From positions 12,167 to 76,166 of the IMG/VR virus record IMGVR_UViG_3300021431_000113: DNA of 64,000 nt. The stretch is one strand, 5' to 3'. Position 1 is the first letter of the stretch, and the number at the start of each line of letters is the position of its first letter. The stretch is from a virus. Its lineage: Duplodnaviria; Caudoviricetes. This document shows, piece after piece, positions 14,821-24,537 of the stretch. Made by a program: the position numbers and the translations under genes. Below the pieces are notes generated by a model. It worked only from the letters and a program-made list of their open reading frames with translations. It was not told where the DNA came from and searched no databases.

Positions 14821-14970
14821 GTTAGGCATACTTACCCTCAGTTAGACTTGCTTAACCCTGGTTAAACTACCTTACCTACAGCTAAGTATGCCTAACCCAA
14901 GTTAAGCTTCTCTAACTGTAGTTAACTGTGCTTAACTGCTATTAGCAGTGACTAACAGCTATTAGCCAAA
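14821..14970. repeat. 15-unit array in exact 10-bp phase (GTTAR-N6-YTAAC dyads, 20-bp period)
   Basis: Every 10-nt block from 14821 to 14961 has TA at positions 3-4. Flanked by the GCAGATT/AATCTGC inverted repeat. Confidence 0.9.
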
Positions 14971-15319
14971 CCGAACCGAAAAATCTGCAACCCTGTGCAG
15001 AACTAAATCCCGGCGCGCTGTGACCAACACCGCGCCGAGCAGCCATGTGAGTTGTTTCACATCATAAGTAAAACTTTTATCTAAATAAAAGAAAAGTTTT
15101 ATATCAATTAATTTGATTCACAAAACTTTTCTTCTTTTATCAATTTACATTTGTTATTTGTATTATTATTTGATGTGTGTTTGATTGAAACAATCAAAAC
15201 AAATCTATTATTCAATCAATTATGTGTTGCTCATATTTTGCTCCCCGTACAAAAGGCATTGCCCTCGTTCAAATAATCATCGAGGTCCGCAATGTACCTT
15301 TTAAAAATTTCTGGTTGAC

Positions 15320-15400
15320 CTGACTGGGGGGTAGGGTTTTGGGATAAAAAATTTTTTAATTCACAAAAGTCGTATTGGCACGTCCATTCCCAGAGAAAAT
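15320..15400. other. Candidate packaging site / genome terminus region
   Basis: G-run GGGGGGTAGGGTTTTGGG then AAAAAATTTTTT, in a non-coding junction between the early region and the packaging operon. Positional inference only. Confidence 0.3.
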
Positions 15401-15453
15401 AAACTTAAAAACCGAATAACGAAAATTATATTTTCCCGACCTAACACGGAGTG

Positions 15454-16059
15454 CTAATAATATTTTTTCTCTAAATTTCCATCTATATGTTTTCTATCTT
15501 TCCCAAAATTAGCTTTTTCTAAATCTCCATCTAAAATAGTTCCTTTTATATACTCATGTAAATAAATTACTCTAATATCAAAATCTGTTCCCATAAACAT
15601 ATTCATAATAATATCTTTTACATCTTGCCAAGTAAAACCTGCAGCATCCCGTGGAGTACTAATTCTAGGTAAAGCAATTTTCATAATATTTTGTTCTTCT
15701 GCAATTTCTTTCATGTGCGCGAGTGCTAACTCTACATTGCGGAGAGTCGGTAATTCATATTGCTTGTTTTTAACCACTAAATTAAAAATATGATTATTAT
15801 TACTTAATATACAATAACCTTTTCCATTCCAAGTTAAAATATGATGTTGTTTTATGTCATCGCGGACTGAGTATCTTTTTTGAAAGAACTTACTTAGTCC
15901 CACGTCAAAGCGGCTGCTCGCGCCTATCCAATGCGCAAGAGCATAATCATTTTCATAATCAAATAAATTTCCTGGTGTTTCATTTATTTGACCTCCCGCA
16001 ATCCTATGTTGTGGCTGTTCCTCTTGTTTTAATTGATTTTCTATATATTTACTATACAT
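15454..16059 (-). CDS. Divergent macrodomain protein (TARG1/Poa1p/DarG-like)
   Basis: ALAHWIGA...IFNLVVKNK...PTLRNV...KIALPRI...FTWQDVKDII follows the TARG1-like macrodomain layout. Confidence 0.65.
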   Translation of the reverse strand: MYSKYIENQLKQEEQPQHRIAGGQINETPGNLFDYENDYALAHWIGASSRFDVGLSKFFQKRYSVRDDIKQHHILTWNGKGYCILSNNNHIFNLVVKNKQYELPTLRNVELALAHMKEIAEEQNIMKIALPRISTPRDAAGFTWQDVKDIIMNMFMGTDFDIRVIYLHEYIKGTILDGDLEKANFGKDRKHIDGNLEKKYY

Positions 16060-16089
16060 TTAAATGTACCTCTTTTATTTTCTTATGAT

Positions 16090-16164
16090 AATTATATCAA
16101 AATTTTTTATTTTTGTCAAAACTGTTTAAAGCAGTTGACAAGATGAAAAATTTTTGGTATAATA
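16090..16164. promoter_or_regulatory. Divergent sigma-A promoter pair
   Basis: Leftward TTGACA-N17-TATAAT (16090-16118) and rightward TTGACA(16136)-N17-TATAAT. Confidence 0.8.
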
Positions 16165-16193
16165 TGTATATAGAGTTCAGAAAGGAGTTCTTA

Positions 16194-17324
16194 ATGAAAG
16201 AAAATAAAAACACAGCGGGCGCGCCTCAACAAGATTATATCAAATTAGATTATACTTTAGAGACACCTGAAGAAAGAAATGAACTTGTTAAGAAGATTAT
16301 TGAAAATACTCCTCCAGAAAAACTCACTAAAAGATATTTAGAAGCGATGGGTAAATACATAGTATCAGCATTTAAGAAAGATATATCAGAACACAGAATT
16401 TTAACAGATAGTAGATGGAATAGTACAATTAAAGTAAGAGAAGTAAGTTTAGAAGGATTATCAGCTTCTTTTGAAAGTAAATATAGTGATGGCGGGAAAA
16501 ACAGTTCAGCAGAAGATTATATCTATAACCTAGTAATTGAAAATGATAAAAATGTAATTCTTACTCCAAAGAGAAAAATTACAGAAGAAGAAATTAAATC
16601 AAACCCAGAATTAAAAAAGATTCATGATGAAATTCTTCGATTAGAAAATCAGGTATTTCCTCTCGCACAGGGAAAACAAAAGTATTCAGTAAAAGAAAAT
16701 ATTAAAACTTTATGGAAAGACATGTATGTCGTGTTTGCGGCGGACAAAAAATTTATCAATTGTGTTAACAGTATTAAAACAGCAAACAAATTAGATATAT
16801 ATGAAAATATAACAATTGATAAAGATGGCGGGTTGCAGGTCGATGCTAACATTAGCCTTCTTGTGCCTAAACACGTAAGCGCGCTCTTATGCAGTTATTC
16901 AAAGCTTAAAGAAAATGCCTATGGTCAATTTACATCAGATATTTATTATACAATGATGGCTCTTGATGAATTAGTTGAAGAAGCTTTAGAAGATTATCCT
17001 CTTTATAAAGATTTACTAATCTATAAGATTGATGGATTACAAAATATAGAAATTCAAAAGAAACTTGAAGAAGATCATGGTATTAAATATTCAGTTGAAT
17101 ATATTTCATCCTTATGGAGAAATAAAATTCCTAAACTTATTGCGGAAACAGCTGAAAAAAGATGGTTAGTTTGGCATTACACTGAAGAAGAGAGCGGGCA
17201 GTGGAAAAAGTGTAGCAGATGTGGTTGTATAAAACTTGCACATCCTAAATTCTTTTCAAAAAATAAAAGCAGCAAAGACGGATATTATAGTATTTGCAAA
17301 TGTTGTAGAAATAAAAAGAAATGA
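16194..17324 (+). CDS. Sigma-factor-like / late transcription regulator with C-terminal Zn finger
   Basis: Region-4-like HTH GLQNIEIQKKLEEDHGIKYSVEYISSLW and C-terminal CSRC...CKCC. First gene of the virion operon. Start re-assigned after RBS GAAAGGAG. Confidence 0.5.
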   Translation: MKENKNTAGAPQQDYIKLDYTLETPEERNELVKKIIENTPPEKLTKRYLEAMGKYIVSAFKKDISEHRILTDSRWNSTIKVREVSLEGLSASFESKYSDGGKNSSAEDYIYNLVIENDKNVILTPKRKITEEEIKSNPELKKIHDEILRLENQVFPLAQGKQKYSVKENIKTLWKDMYVVFAADKKFINCVNSIKTANKLDIYENITIDKDGGLQVDANISLLVPKHVSALLCSYSKLKENAYGQFTSDIYYTMMALDELVEEALEDYPLYKDLLIYKIDGLQNIEIQKKLEEDHGIKYSVEYISSLWRNKIPKLIAETAEKRWLVWHYTEEESGQWKKCSRCGCIKLAHPKFFSKNKSSKDGYYSICKCCRNKKK

Positions 17325-17333
17325 GGTGACTAA

Positions 17334-18587
17334 ATGGCAACAGCCACAAAGAAAAAATGTACTTGTTCACGCTGCAAAAAGACTATGTCTGATATAAAAT
17401 TCTATACACATAAAGATGGTTCAAAAGATGATATGTGTAAAGATTGTTTATGTGCTCATGTAAATAACTTTGAACCTGATACATTCTTATGGATATTAAA
17501 AAGAATGGATGTCCCATATATTCCTTCAGAATGGAATGTATTGCGGGACCGCAAGTATCAGGAGGACCCAAACAAGGGTACTGGCGGACCTGCGGTGATG
17601 GGTAAATATCTTGCTAAGATGAAATTAAAACAGTGGTATGATAAAGAAACTGGAAAACCTTATACTTGGGAAGATTCAGAAAGATTGCAGGCTGAATATA
17701 GTCAAGAACCAGAATTAACAGAAGAACAAAAGGCAGAAGAAGAAGCTCATGAACAAGAGATAAAAGATATGTATGAAAAAGGTGAGATTTCTGAAGCTGA
17801 ATATAAAACTTTAACATCCACAGAATCTCAATTTAAAGATGCGGCGACCCTGTTCCCAGGAGCATCGGACATCAGTAATGCAGATGGAGGGTTCGACTTC
17901 GACTCTCAGTACATGTCTGAAGATGAATTACCAGACCCTGCTGCAGGACTTACAACAGAAGATAAGATTTATCTTGCTATGAAATGGGGTAGGTTATATA
18001 AACCAAACGAGTGGGTTATACTTGAACAGAAATATACAGAGATGATGAACTCATTTGATATTCAAGATGCGGATAGTAGAAATACACTTATTCTCTTGTG
18101 TAAAACTGATTTAAAAATGAATCAGGCTATTGACTGCGGAGATGTTGATGGTTATCAGAAATTATCAAGAGTAAGTGATAATTTAAGAAAGTCTGCAAAA
18201 TTTACCGCAGCACAAAATAAAGATAAGGATAATGAACAAATTGATTGTGTTGGTGTATTAGTTGCAGTATGTGAACGTGAAGGTGGATTTATTCCAAATA
18301 CATTGGTTGATGTAAATGAAGATATGATTGATGTAAGTATAAAAGACACTCAAAAATACTTACATAATCTTGTAACTAAAGACTTAGGTTTTGGTCAGCA
18401 GATTGAGAATTACTTAAAGAAAATACAATTAGAGCATGATAATATTGAAGCTATGGAAAACATGGAAGAAGAAGAATTAACAGATGAAAATATAGCAGAA
18501 TATTACGAAAGAATAGAAGAAGAAAAAATAGAAGATTCTCAAATAACTCAAGAATCAAACGCTTATAATAGAAAGGATGAAGAATAA
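17334..18587 (+). CDS. Zn-finger protein, candidate terminase small subunit
   Basis: N-terminal CSRC...CKDC; stop overlaps the TerL start; positional inference. Confidence 0.45.
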   Translation: MATATKKKCTCSRCKKTMSDIKFYTHKDGSKDDMCKDCLCAHVNNFEPDTFLWILKRMDVPYIPSEWNVLRDRKYQEDPNKGTGGPAVMGKYLAKMKLKQWYDKETGKPYTWEDSERLQAEYSQEPELTEEQKAEEEAHEQEIKDMYEKGEISEAEYKTLTSTESQFKDAATLFPGASDISNADGGFDFDSQYMSEDELPDPAAGLTTEDKIYLAMKWGRLYKPNEWVILEQKYTEMMNSFDIQDADSRNTLILLCKTDLKMNQAIDCGDVDGYQKLSRVSDNLRKSAKFTAAQNKDKDNEQIDCVGVLVAVCEREGGFIPNTLVDVNEDMIDVSIKDTQKYLHNLVTKDLGFGQQIENYLKKIQLEHDNIEAMENMEEEELTDENIAEYYERIEEEKIEDSQITQESNAYNRKDEE

Positions 18588-20332
18588 TGGCTTTAGCTGA
18601 TTTAATGGAACTTTCTATTAATAAGTCTTATCAGAAAATAGGTATTTCTGATGAAAGAGTTAAAGCTTGCCTTCCTGAACTCAGGAGGGCTATTGCTTTT
18701 TATAGAATGTATCCAGATTTATATATTGACTTTTGTAATTCTTGCGCGAGTGAGAAACAGAAAGTGCTTAAATTGTATACTTATCAAAGGATATTCTTGC
18801 GTCAAGCAATGCGTTATCGACACGTGTATGCAGTATTTCCACGTGCCTATTCTAAATCGTTTTTATCTGTCTTGGTTCTTATGTTAAGATGTATCTTTTA
18901 TCCAGGATGCCACTTATTTGTTACTACTGGTGGTAAAGAACAAGCTACTGGAATAGTTAGAGAAAAAGCTGAAGAGCTTTGTAAACTTGTTCCAGGTCTT
19001 GCAAACGAAGTTAATTTTGACAGAGGTAAATCTAAATCTTCAAAAGAAGAATTTACTTTCTTATTTAAGAATGGTAGTATTCTTGATGTAATGGCATCTA
19101 CACAACGTTCAAGAGGACGAAGAGCAACAGGTGGTCTTGTAGAAGAGGTTATTCTTGTTGATGGAACTATACTTAATGAAGTTATTATTCCTACTATGAA
19201 CGTATCTAGATTGCTTCCTGATGGTAGTAGAAATGATGATGAAATTATTAATAAGAGTCAAATATATGTTACTACCGCAGGATGGAAAAATACATTTGCT
19301 TATGAAAAACTTATGATGATATTACTTGAACAGATTACTAAGAGCGAAAGTGCTTGCGTTATGGGTGGTACATGGCGCGTTCCGGTTGCAGAAGGATTGC
19401 TTGCTAAAAACTTCGTTCAACAATTGAAGTTAGATGGAACTTATAACGATAGTTCATTTGGTCGAGAATATGAATCAGAATGGAGTGGGGATGCGGAAAA
19501 TGCTTATTTCTCGTCAGAGATTTTTGACAAATACCGTATCTTAAATCAGCCAGAATATGAATTCAGTGGCAGAAGTAGTAAATCTGCATATTATGTAATT
19601 GGCGTCGACGTTGGTCGTAAGGGGTGTTCAACTGAAGCAGTTGTTATTAAATGTACGCCGCAACCGCAAGGAAATTCATTGAAGTCTATTGTTAATATTT
19701 ATTCATGGGAAGAAGAACACTTTGAACAACAAGCTATTAATTTAAAGAAATTATATTTTAAATATAAAGCAAGAACACTTGCTATTGATGCGAATGGTCT
19801 TGGTATTGGTTTAATTGATTATATGATAAAAGCACAAATTGATCCAAAGACTGGAGAAACATTAGTTCCTTTCGGTGTAGATAATATAGATGAATATCCT
19901 GAATACAAGAAATATCGTACTCCTGAAACAGAGAAAGATGCTATGTATTTAATAAAAGCAAATGCGCCAATTAATACAGAAGCTCACTCTTATGTTCAAA
20001 CACAATTATCAAGTGGTAAAGTTAAATTTTTAATAGATGAAGTAACTGCAAAATTAAAGCTTATGGAAACAAAATTAGGTCAGGGTATGACACCTGAAAA
20101 GAGAGCTGAGTATTTAATGCCATTTACATTAACTACTTCTTTAAGAGAACAGATGCTTAATCTTATTGAAGATAATGAGGGTGTTAATATTATTCTTAAG
20201 CAATCAAGTAAAACCACTCCTAAAGATAAATTCTCTGCTTTTGAATACGGTATGTTGTTTATTAAACGTGATGAAGAAAGACGTAAAAAGAGAAAAAATT
20301 TTAGCGTTTCTGACTTACTTCTTTTTAACTAA
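18587..20332 (+). CDS. terL: Terminase large subunit
   Basis: Variant Walker A PRAYSKS, RGRRATG-GLVEE Walker B region, RNase H-like GVDVGR and KDKFSA nuclease motifs; upstream of portal. Confidence 0.9.
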   Translation: MALADLMELSINKSYQKIGISDERVKACLPELRRAIAFYRMYPDLYIDFCNSCASEKQKVLKLYTYQRIFLRQAMRYRHVYAVFPRAYSKSFLSVLVLMLRCIFYPGCHLFVTTGGKEQATGIVREKAEELCKLVPGLANEVNFDRGKSKSSKEEFTFLFKNGSILDVMASTQRSRGRRATGGLVEEVILVDGTILNEVIIPTMNVSRLLPDGSRNDDEIINKSQIYVTTAGWKNTFAYEKLMMILLEQITKSESACVMGGTWRVPVAEGLLAKNFVQQLKLDGTYNDSSFGREYESEWSGDAENAYFSSEIFDKYRILNQPEYEFSGRSSKSAYYVIGVDVGRKGCSTEAVVIKCTPQPQGNSLKSIVNIYSWEEEHFEQQAINLKKLYFKYKARTLAIDANGLGIGLIDYMIKAQIDPKTGETLVPFGVDNIDEYPEYKKYRTPETEKDAMYLIKANAPINTEAHSYVQTQLSSGKVKFLIDEVTAKLKLMETKLGQGMTPEKRAEYLMPFTLTTSLREQMLNLIEDNEGVNIILKQSSKTTPKDKFSAFEYGMLFIKRDEERRKKRKNFSVSDLLLFN

Positions 20333-20340
20333 AAAATTTT

Positions 20341-20382
20341 GGACATTTTAGATAAAAGTTATTAGATTAATTTATATATACT
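20341..20382 (+). promoter_or_regulatory. Candidate phage-specific promoter (copy 1)
   Basis: GGACA-N5-GATAAA-N20-TATACT, upstream of the endonuclease/portal genes. Confidence 0.5.
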
Positions 20383-20411
20383 ATATGAATCGGGAAAGGA
20401 AAAAATATGTC

Positions 20412-20768
20412 ATGAGAGCTAGTAGAGGAGAAATTACAATAGAAGAAATTTTAACTGAAGCTGGATTAGATTTTCAAGAAGAGTATAGCTTTCCAGATTT
20501 ATTATCTAATACAGGTCGTCCTCTTAGATTTGATTTTGCGGTCTTTGATGACGAAGGAGATATTGATTTCTTAATTGAGTATCAAGGAATTCAGCATTAT
20601 AAGCCAAAAGAAAAATTTGGTGGTATGCAAGGGTTAAGAAAGCAACAATTTAATGATATGAAGAAACGTGAGTATTGTCGCAAGCATAAAATTAAATTAA
20701 TAGCTATTCCTTATACAGATGAATTCTTACTTAGTTATGATTATATTATGAAGAAAGCTGGTTATTAA
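20412..20768 (+). CDS. PD-(D/E)xK-type (DUF559/DUF2726-like) endonuclease
   Basis: LRFDFAV...LIEYQGIQHY...DMKKREYC pattern. Confidence 0.7.
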   Translation: MRASRGEITIEEILTEAGLDFQEEYSFPDLLSNTGRPLRFDFAVFDDEGDIDFLIEYQGIQHYKPKEKFGGMQGLRKQQFNDMKKREYCRKHKIKLIAIPYTDEFLLSYDYIMKKAGY

Positions 20769-20780
20769 GGAGGATTATTG

Positions 20781-22448
20781 ATGAGAATCAGAAGACATGA
20801 TGGTAATACCTATGAGACTCGTAATTTAACTATGTTACCAGAATATGATAATCTTCCTATTGATCAAGAGTCGGGAACAATTGATTTTGCAAAGATAAAA
20901 GTTGGAATTAAACAGCTTGAAGACGCCGTAATAAGTTGTCCACTTAGAAAAATAAATCAAGATTATGGTGATAAAGAATATATTTTAAGATGTTTACAAA
21001 AACAAGATATTAAAACTTTAAAATCTATTTCTCAATTTTATTATAATGTAAGTGGTATTTATGCTAGATTATGTAGATATTTAGCTTATATGTATCGTTA
21101 CGATTGGTACATTGTTCCATATGTTAGCGGCGGTGATACTTATCCAGCTGAATCTGATAAAGGTGATATTAGCGCAAATAATGTTGAAAAGATTATTACA
21201 AATTTCTTTAAGACAATGCGTTATTTAGACAATTTTAAAGCAAAGAAAACTTTAAAAGAAATTGCTTTAAAGATTGTTGTTGAAGGTTGTTATTATGGAT
21301 ATATAAAACATACACCAACAGGCCCAACTATTCAAGAATTACCTTCTGAATATTGTAGAAGTAGATTTAAGAAGGATAATCATGATGTTATTGAATTAAA
21401 TATGAAATATTTTGATGATTATTATAAAGACCCTGCTTACCGTAGTAGAGTTTTAAAACTGTTTCCAGATGATATTCAAAAGGGATATAGGTTATATAAA
21501 AAGAAAAAGTTAAAGCCTGATTTTAATGGTGATACTGATGGTTGGTATTTACTTGATCCTGAATGTGGATTTAAACTTCATTTAAATGAAAATGATATAC
21601 CTATTATGTTACCGGTTATACCAGCAATTATTGATTTGGATGAGGCGCAAGCGCTTGACCGAAAAAAGATGGCTCAAAGATTATTAAAGATTATTATTCA
21701 GAAAATGCCAATAGACAAGAATGGTGATTTAATATTTGACCCAGATGAAACTCAACAGTTACATAATAATGCAGTTAGGATGTTATCAAGAGCAATAGGT
21801 GTTGATGTTTTAACTACATATGCGGATGTTGATGTTGCGGATATGGCTGACCATAATACAACTACTACAGTTGATGATTTGGAAAAAGTTGAGAGAACAG
21901 TATTTAACGAAGCTGGTATTTCTCAAATGCAATTCAATACTAATGGTAATATTGCCTTAGAAAAATCGATTGAGAATGATGCTGCTATGATGAGTACATT
22001 AACTGATCAATTTGAAGATTTAATGCAGCGATTGGTAGTAAACTTTAATAAGAGTCCAAAGAAAATTTACTATCAAGTTCAAATGTTACCAACAACTATT
22101 TATAATTATAAAGAGTTGTCAAAATTATATAAGGAACAAACCCAAATGGGTTATTCAAAGATGCTTCCACAAATTGCACTTGGACTTTCACAAAGTTCAA
22201 TTCTTGCAAACGCATTCTTTGAAAATGATTTGCTTAATCTTGTTACGGTATTTGTTCCACCACTTACGTCTAATACTATGAATGCAGATGCCCTCGCGCA
22301 GCAGCAAACTGGTAGACGTAATACAGGATTAAACGATGTTAGAAACACCACTGATGCTGGAGGTGAGGAAAAGCAAGTCGGCCGCCCAGAGAAAAGTGAT
22401 GATGAAAAATCAACCAAAACTCTTCAAAACATTGAAAGCAAATCGTAA
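20781..22448 (+). CDS. Portal protein
   Basis: About 555 aa, helical, between TerL and the prohead protease. Confidence 0.75.
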   Translation: MRIRRHDGNTYETRNLTMLPEYDNLPIDQESGTIDFAKIKVGIKQLEDAVISCPLRKINQDYGDKEYILRCLQKQDIKTLKSISQFYYNVSGIYARLCRYLAYMYRYDWYIVPYVSGGDTYPAESDKGDISANNVEKIITNFFKTMRYLDNFKAKKTLKEIALKIVVEGCYYGYIKHTPTGPTIQELPSEYCRSRFKKDNHDVIELNMKYFDDYYKDPAYRSRVLKLFPDDIQKGYRLYKKKKLKPDFNGDTDGWYLLDPECGFKLHLNENDIPIMLPVIPAIIDLDEAQALDRKKMAQRLLKIIIQKMPIDKNGDLIFDPDETQQLHNNAVRMLSRAIGVDVLTTYADVDVADMADHNTTTTVDDLEKVERTVFNEAGISQMQFNTNGNIALEKSIENDAAMMSTLTDQFEDLMQRLVVNFNKSPKKIYYQVQMLPTTIYNYKELSKLYKEQTQMGYSKMLPQIALGLSQSSILANAFFENDLLNLVTVFVPPLTSNTMNADALAQQQTGRRNTGLNDVRNTTDAGGEEKQVGRPEKSDDEKSTKTLQNIESKS

Positions 22449-22471
22449 ATATTTAAAAGGAGGATGAATTA

Positions 22472-23956
22472 GTGAATAATTATCAGTCTATTGCTACAAT
22501 CAATGCACCTGAGTTCATTAACTTGCAACCTCTTGACATTAATCCTATGATGTCTAAATGCGAAATTAAAGTTTTATATTTAGGTGAAAATAGGAATGGA
22601 ACAAGTATTGACAAGCAAGCTGCTTCAAGCATGGCGAAAACTTTACGTGGAGCACCTATTGTTGGTTACTATAAAGAAAATAATCAAGATTTCTTTGACC
22701 ACGGTGAACAAGTTATTATGGATGGGGATGGAATTCATTTTAATACATTAACAAAACCGTATGGCTTTGTTTCTCCTGATGCTGAAGTATGGTTTCAAGA
22801 GTTTGAAGAGTTTGATGAAACTGGTGAATCTGTTACGAGAACATATCTTATGACTACTGGTTATTTATGGTCTGGTCAGTTTAAAGAGGCTCAACAGATT
22901 TTTAATGATGGCGGGAAACCGCAATCTATGGAACTTGATGAAAATTCTTTGCAAGGATTTTGGTCAAAAGGGGAAAATTCAGATTATGAATTTTTTATAA
23001 TAAATGACGCAATATTTTCTAAATTATGTATATTAGGTGATGATGTAGAACCTTGTTTTGAAGGCGCATCTATAACTGCTCCTAATATCAGTAAGAATTT
23101 CACATTGGATGATACATTTAAGAGAACATTATACTCAATGATGAAAGAATTACAAGAAACTTTACAAGGAGGTAAATATACAGTGGCAGATGAAATGAAA
23201 AAGAAATCAGTTGATTCATCTACAGTTGTTGAAGAGCAGACTACTGTTGAAGTATCTGGACCTCAAGAAGGAACAACTGAAACGCCAGTAACTGAGACTC
23301 CAAGTTCAGATAATACTGAGACACCGGGAGCTGAAGAAACTCCTACAACTCCTGCAGAAACACCTGCGGTAGAGGATTCTAATGATAGTGGCGAAGCTGC
23401 TACAGAGGGCACTGAAGGTGGTGAATCTGGCGGAGAAGGTGGTTCCGAAGGTGGAGATGGTTCTACTGATTACGTAAAGAAAGACGATGAAGAAGATGCT
23501 AAAGAAAGTGATAAAGAAGATTCAGACAAAAAAGAAAATTCAGAAGATAAGAAAGATGATGATGATGAAAAGAAAAAGTATGCTCTGATCGTTACTGAAT
23601 TAGAGGAACTTCAAAAGTCTTATACAGCCCTTCAAGAGGAGCATGAAAAAACTGTTGCTGAATTAGCTTCTTTCAAGGACTATAAACTTAATGTAGAAAA
23701 TGAAAAGAAAGACGCTTTAATTGCAGAGTTTTATATGCTTTCTGATGAAGATAAGAAAGATGTTATTGACCATAAGACAGAGTATAGTTTAGATGAAATT
23801 AAATCTAAATTAGCTGTTTTATGTTATGATAAGAAAGTAAGTTATACAAAGGATGAAGAAGTTACTCCTGGTATGACAGTCAATATTAACACTTATTCTA
23901 ATTCCGATATGCCAGATTGGCTACAGGAAGTAGATAAACGTATCTCACAACAATAA
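22472..23956 (+). CDS. Prohead protease fused to acidic linker and scaffold domain
   Basis: PIVG...FFDHG and QSME motifs, then a long E/T/G-rich linker and a coiled coil. Confidence 0.75.
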   Translation: MNNYQSIATINAPEFINLQPLDINPMMSKCEIKVLYLGENRNGTSIDKQAASSMAKTLRGAPIVGYYKENNQDFFDHGEQVIMDGDGIHFNTLTKPYGFVSPDAEVWFQEFEEFDETGESVTRTYLMTTGYLWSGQFKEAQQIFNDGGKPQSMELDENSLQGFWSKGENSDYEFFIINDAIFSKLCILGDDVEPCFEGASITAPNISKNFTLDDTFKRTLYSMMKELQETLQGGKYTVADEMKKKSVDSSTVVEEQTTVEVSGPQEGTTETPVTETPSSDNTETPGAEETPTTPAETPAVEDSNDSGEAATEGTEGGESGGEGGSEGGDGSTDYVKKDDEEDAKESDKEDSDKKENSEDKKDDDDEKKKYALIVTELEELQKSYTALQEEHEKTVAELASFKDYKLNVENEKKDALIAEFYMLSDEDKKDVIDHKTEYSLDEIKSKLAVLCYDKKVSYTKDEEVTPGMTVNINTYSNSDMPDWLQEVDKRISQQ

Positions 23957-23976
23957 AATAAGGAGGAAAAGTCAAA

Positions 23977-24519
23977 ATGGCTACAATCAAAAGAAAAGGT
24001 TTTGGTCAGGTTGAGCCTAATCATCTTTCAGCTCAGAGAACTGGACAGATTTACGCTCAATTAATCGCTGATAAGAATCTTAATATTATTGAGAACGGTA
24101 TGTTCTTAAAATATGATTATCAAAACAGAAAAGCTGTTGCTAATGCTTCTGTTGCAGGTGAATGGCTTTTAGTTTATAATGAAGAAAAACTTTATGATCC
24201 TCGTAGACAGTCTCATAAGGATTTTGCTATGATAAAGACAGATTATGTCGATGGTGAAATGGTTCCTCGTCTTTTTAAGACAAATATAGGAGATATTTTC
24301 ACAACAAATACACTTGAAGCTAACACATCTGATTCAGCAGTTACAACTGGTGTAACTGTCAATGAGGGGGACACTCTTGTTGTTGGAAGTACAGGTTATC
24401 TTGAAGTACTTGGAGCTAGTGCAACTGCAACTGCGCCTGCATTTAAGGTAGTTGCTATAACAACAATGCCTGATGCTGATACTGATTATCCGGCTGTTAA
24501 GTTACAACGTATATTATAA
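23977..24519 (+). CDS. Head decoration / minor capsid protein
   Basis: Between scaffold and MCP; codon bias of a highly expressed gene. Confidence 0.6.
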   Translation: MATIKRKGFGQVEPNHLSAQRTGQIYAQLIADKNLNIIENGMFLKYDYQNRKAVANASVAGEWLLVYNEEKLYDPRRQSHKDFAMIKTDYVDGEMVPRLFKTNIGDIFTTNTLEANTSDSAVTTGVTVNEGDTLVVGSTGYLEVLGASATATAPAFKVVAITTMPDADTDYPAVKLQRIL

Positions 24520-24537
24520 TATAGGAGGATTAATACA

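Noticed and set aside
14821-14970. CRISPR mini-array interpretation of the phased array
   Set aside because: Units are 10/20 bp with no 25-45-bp constant repeats or unique 30-40-bp spacers, and no cas genes are present.
23200-23580. Low-complexity GAA/GGT-rich stretch as a separate repeat element
   Set aside because: It is the in-frame acidic linker of the protease-scaffold protein.
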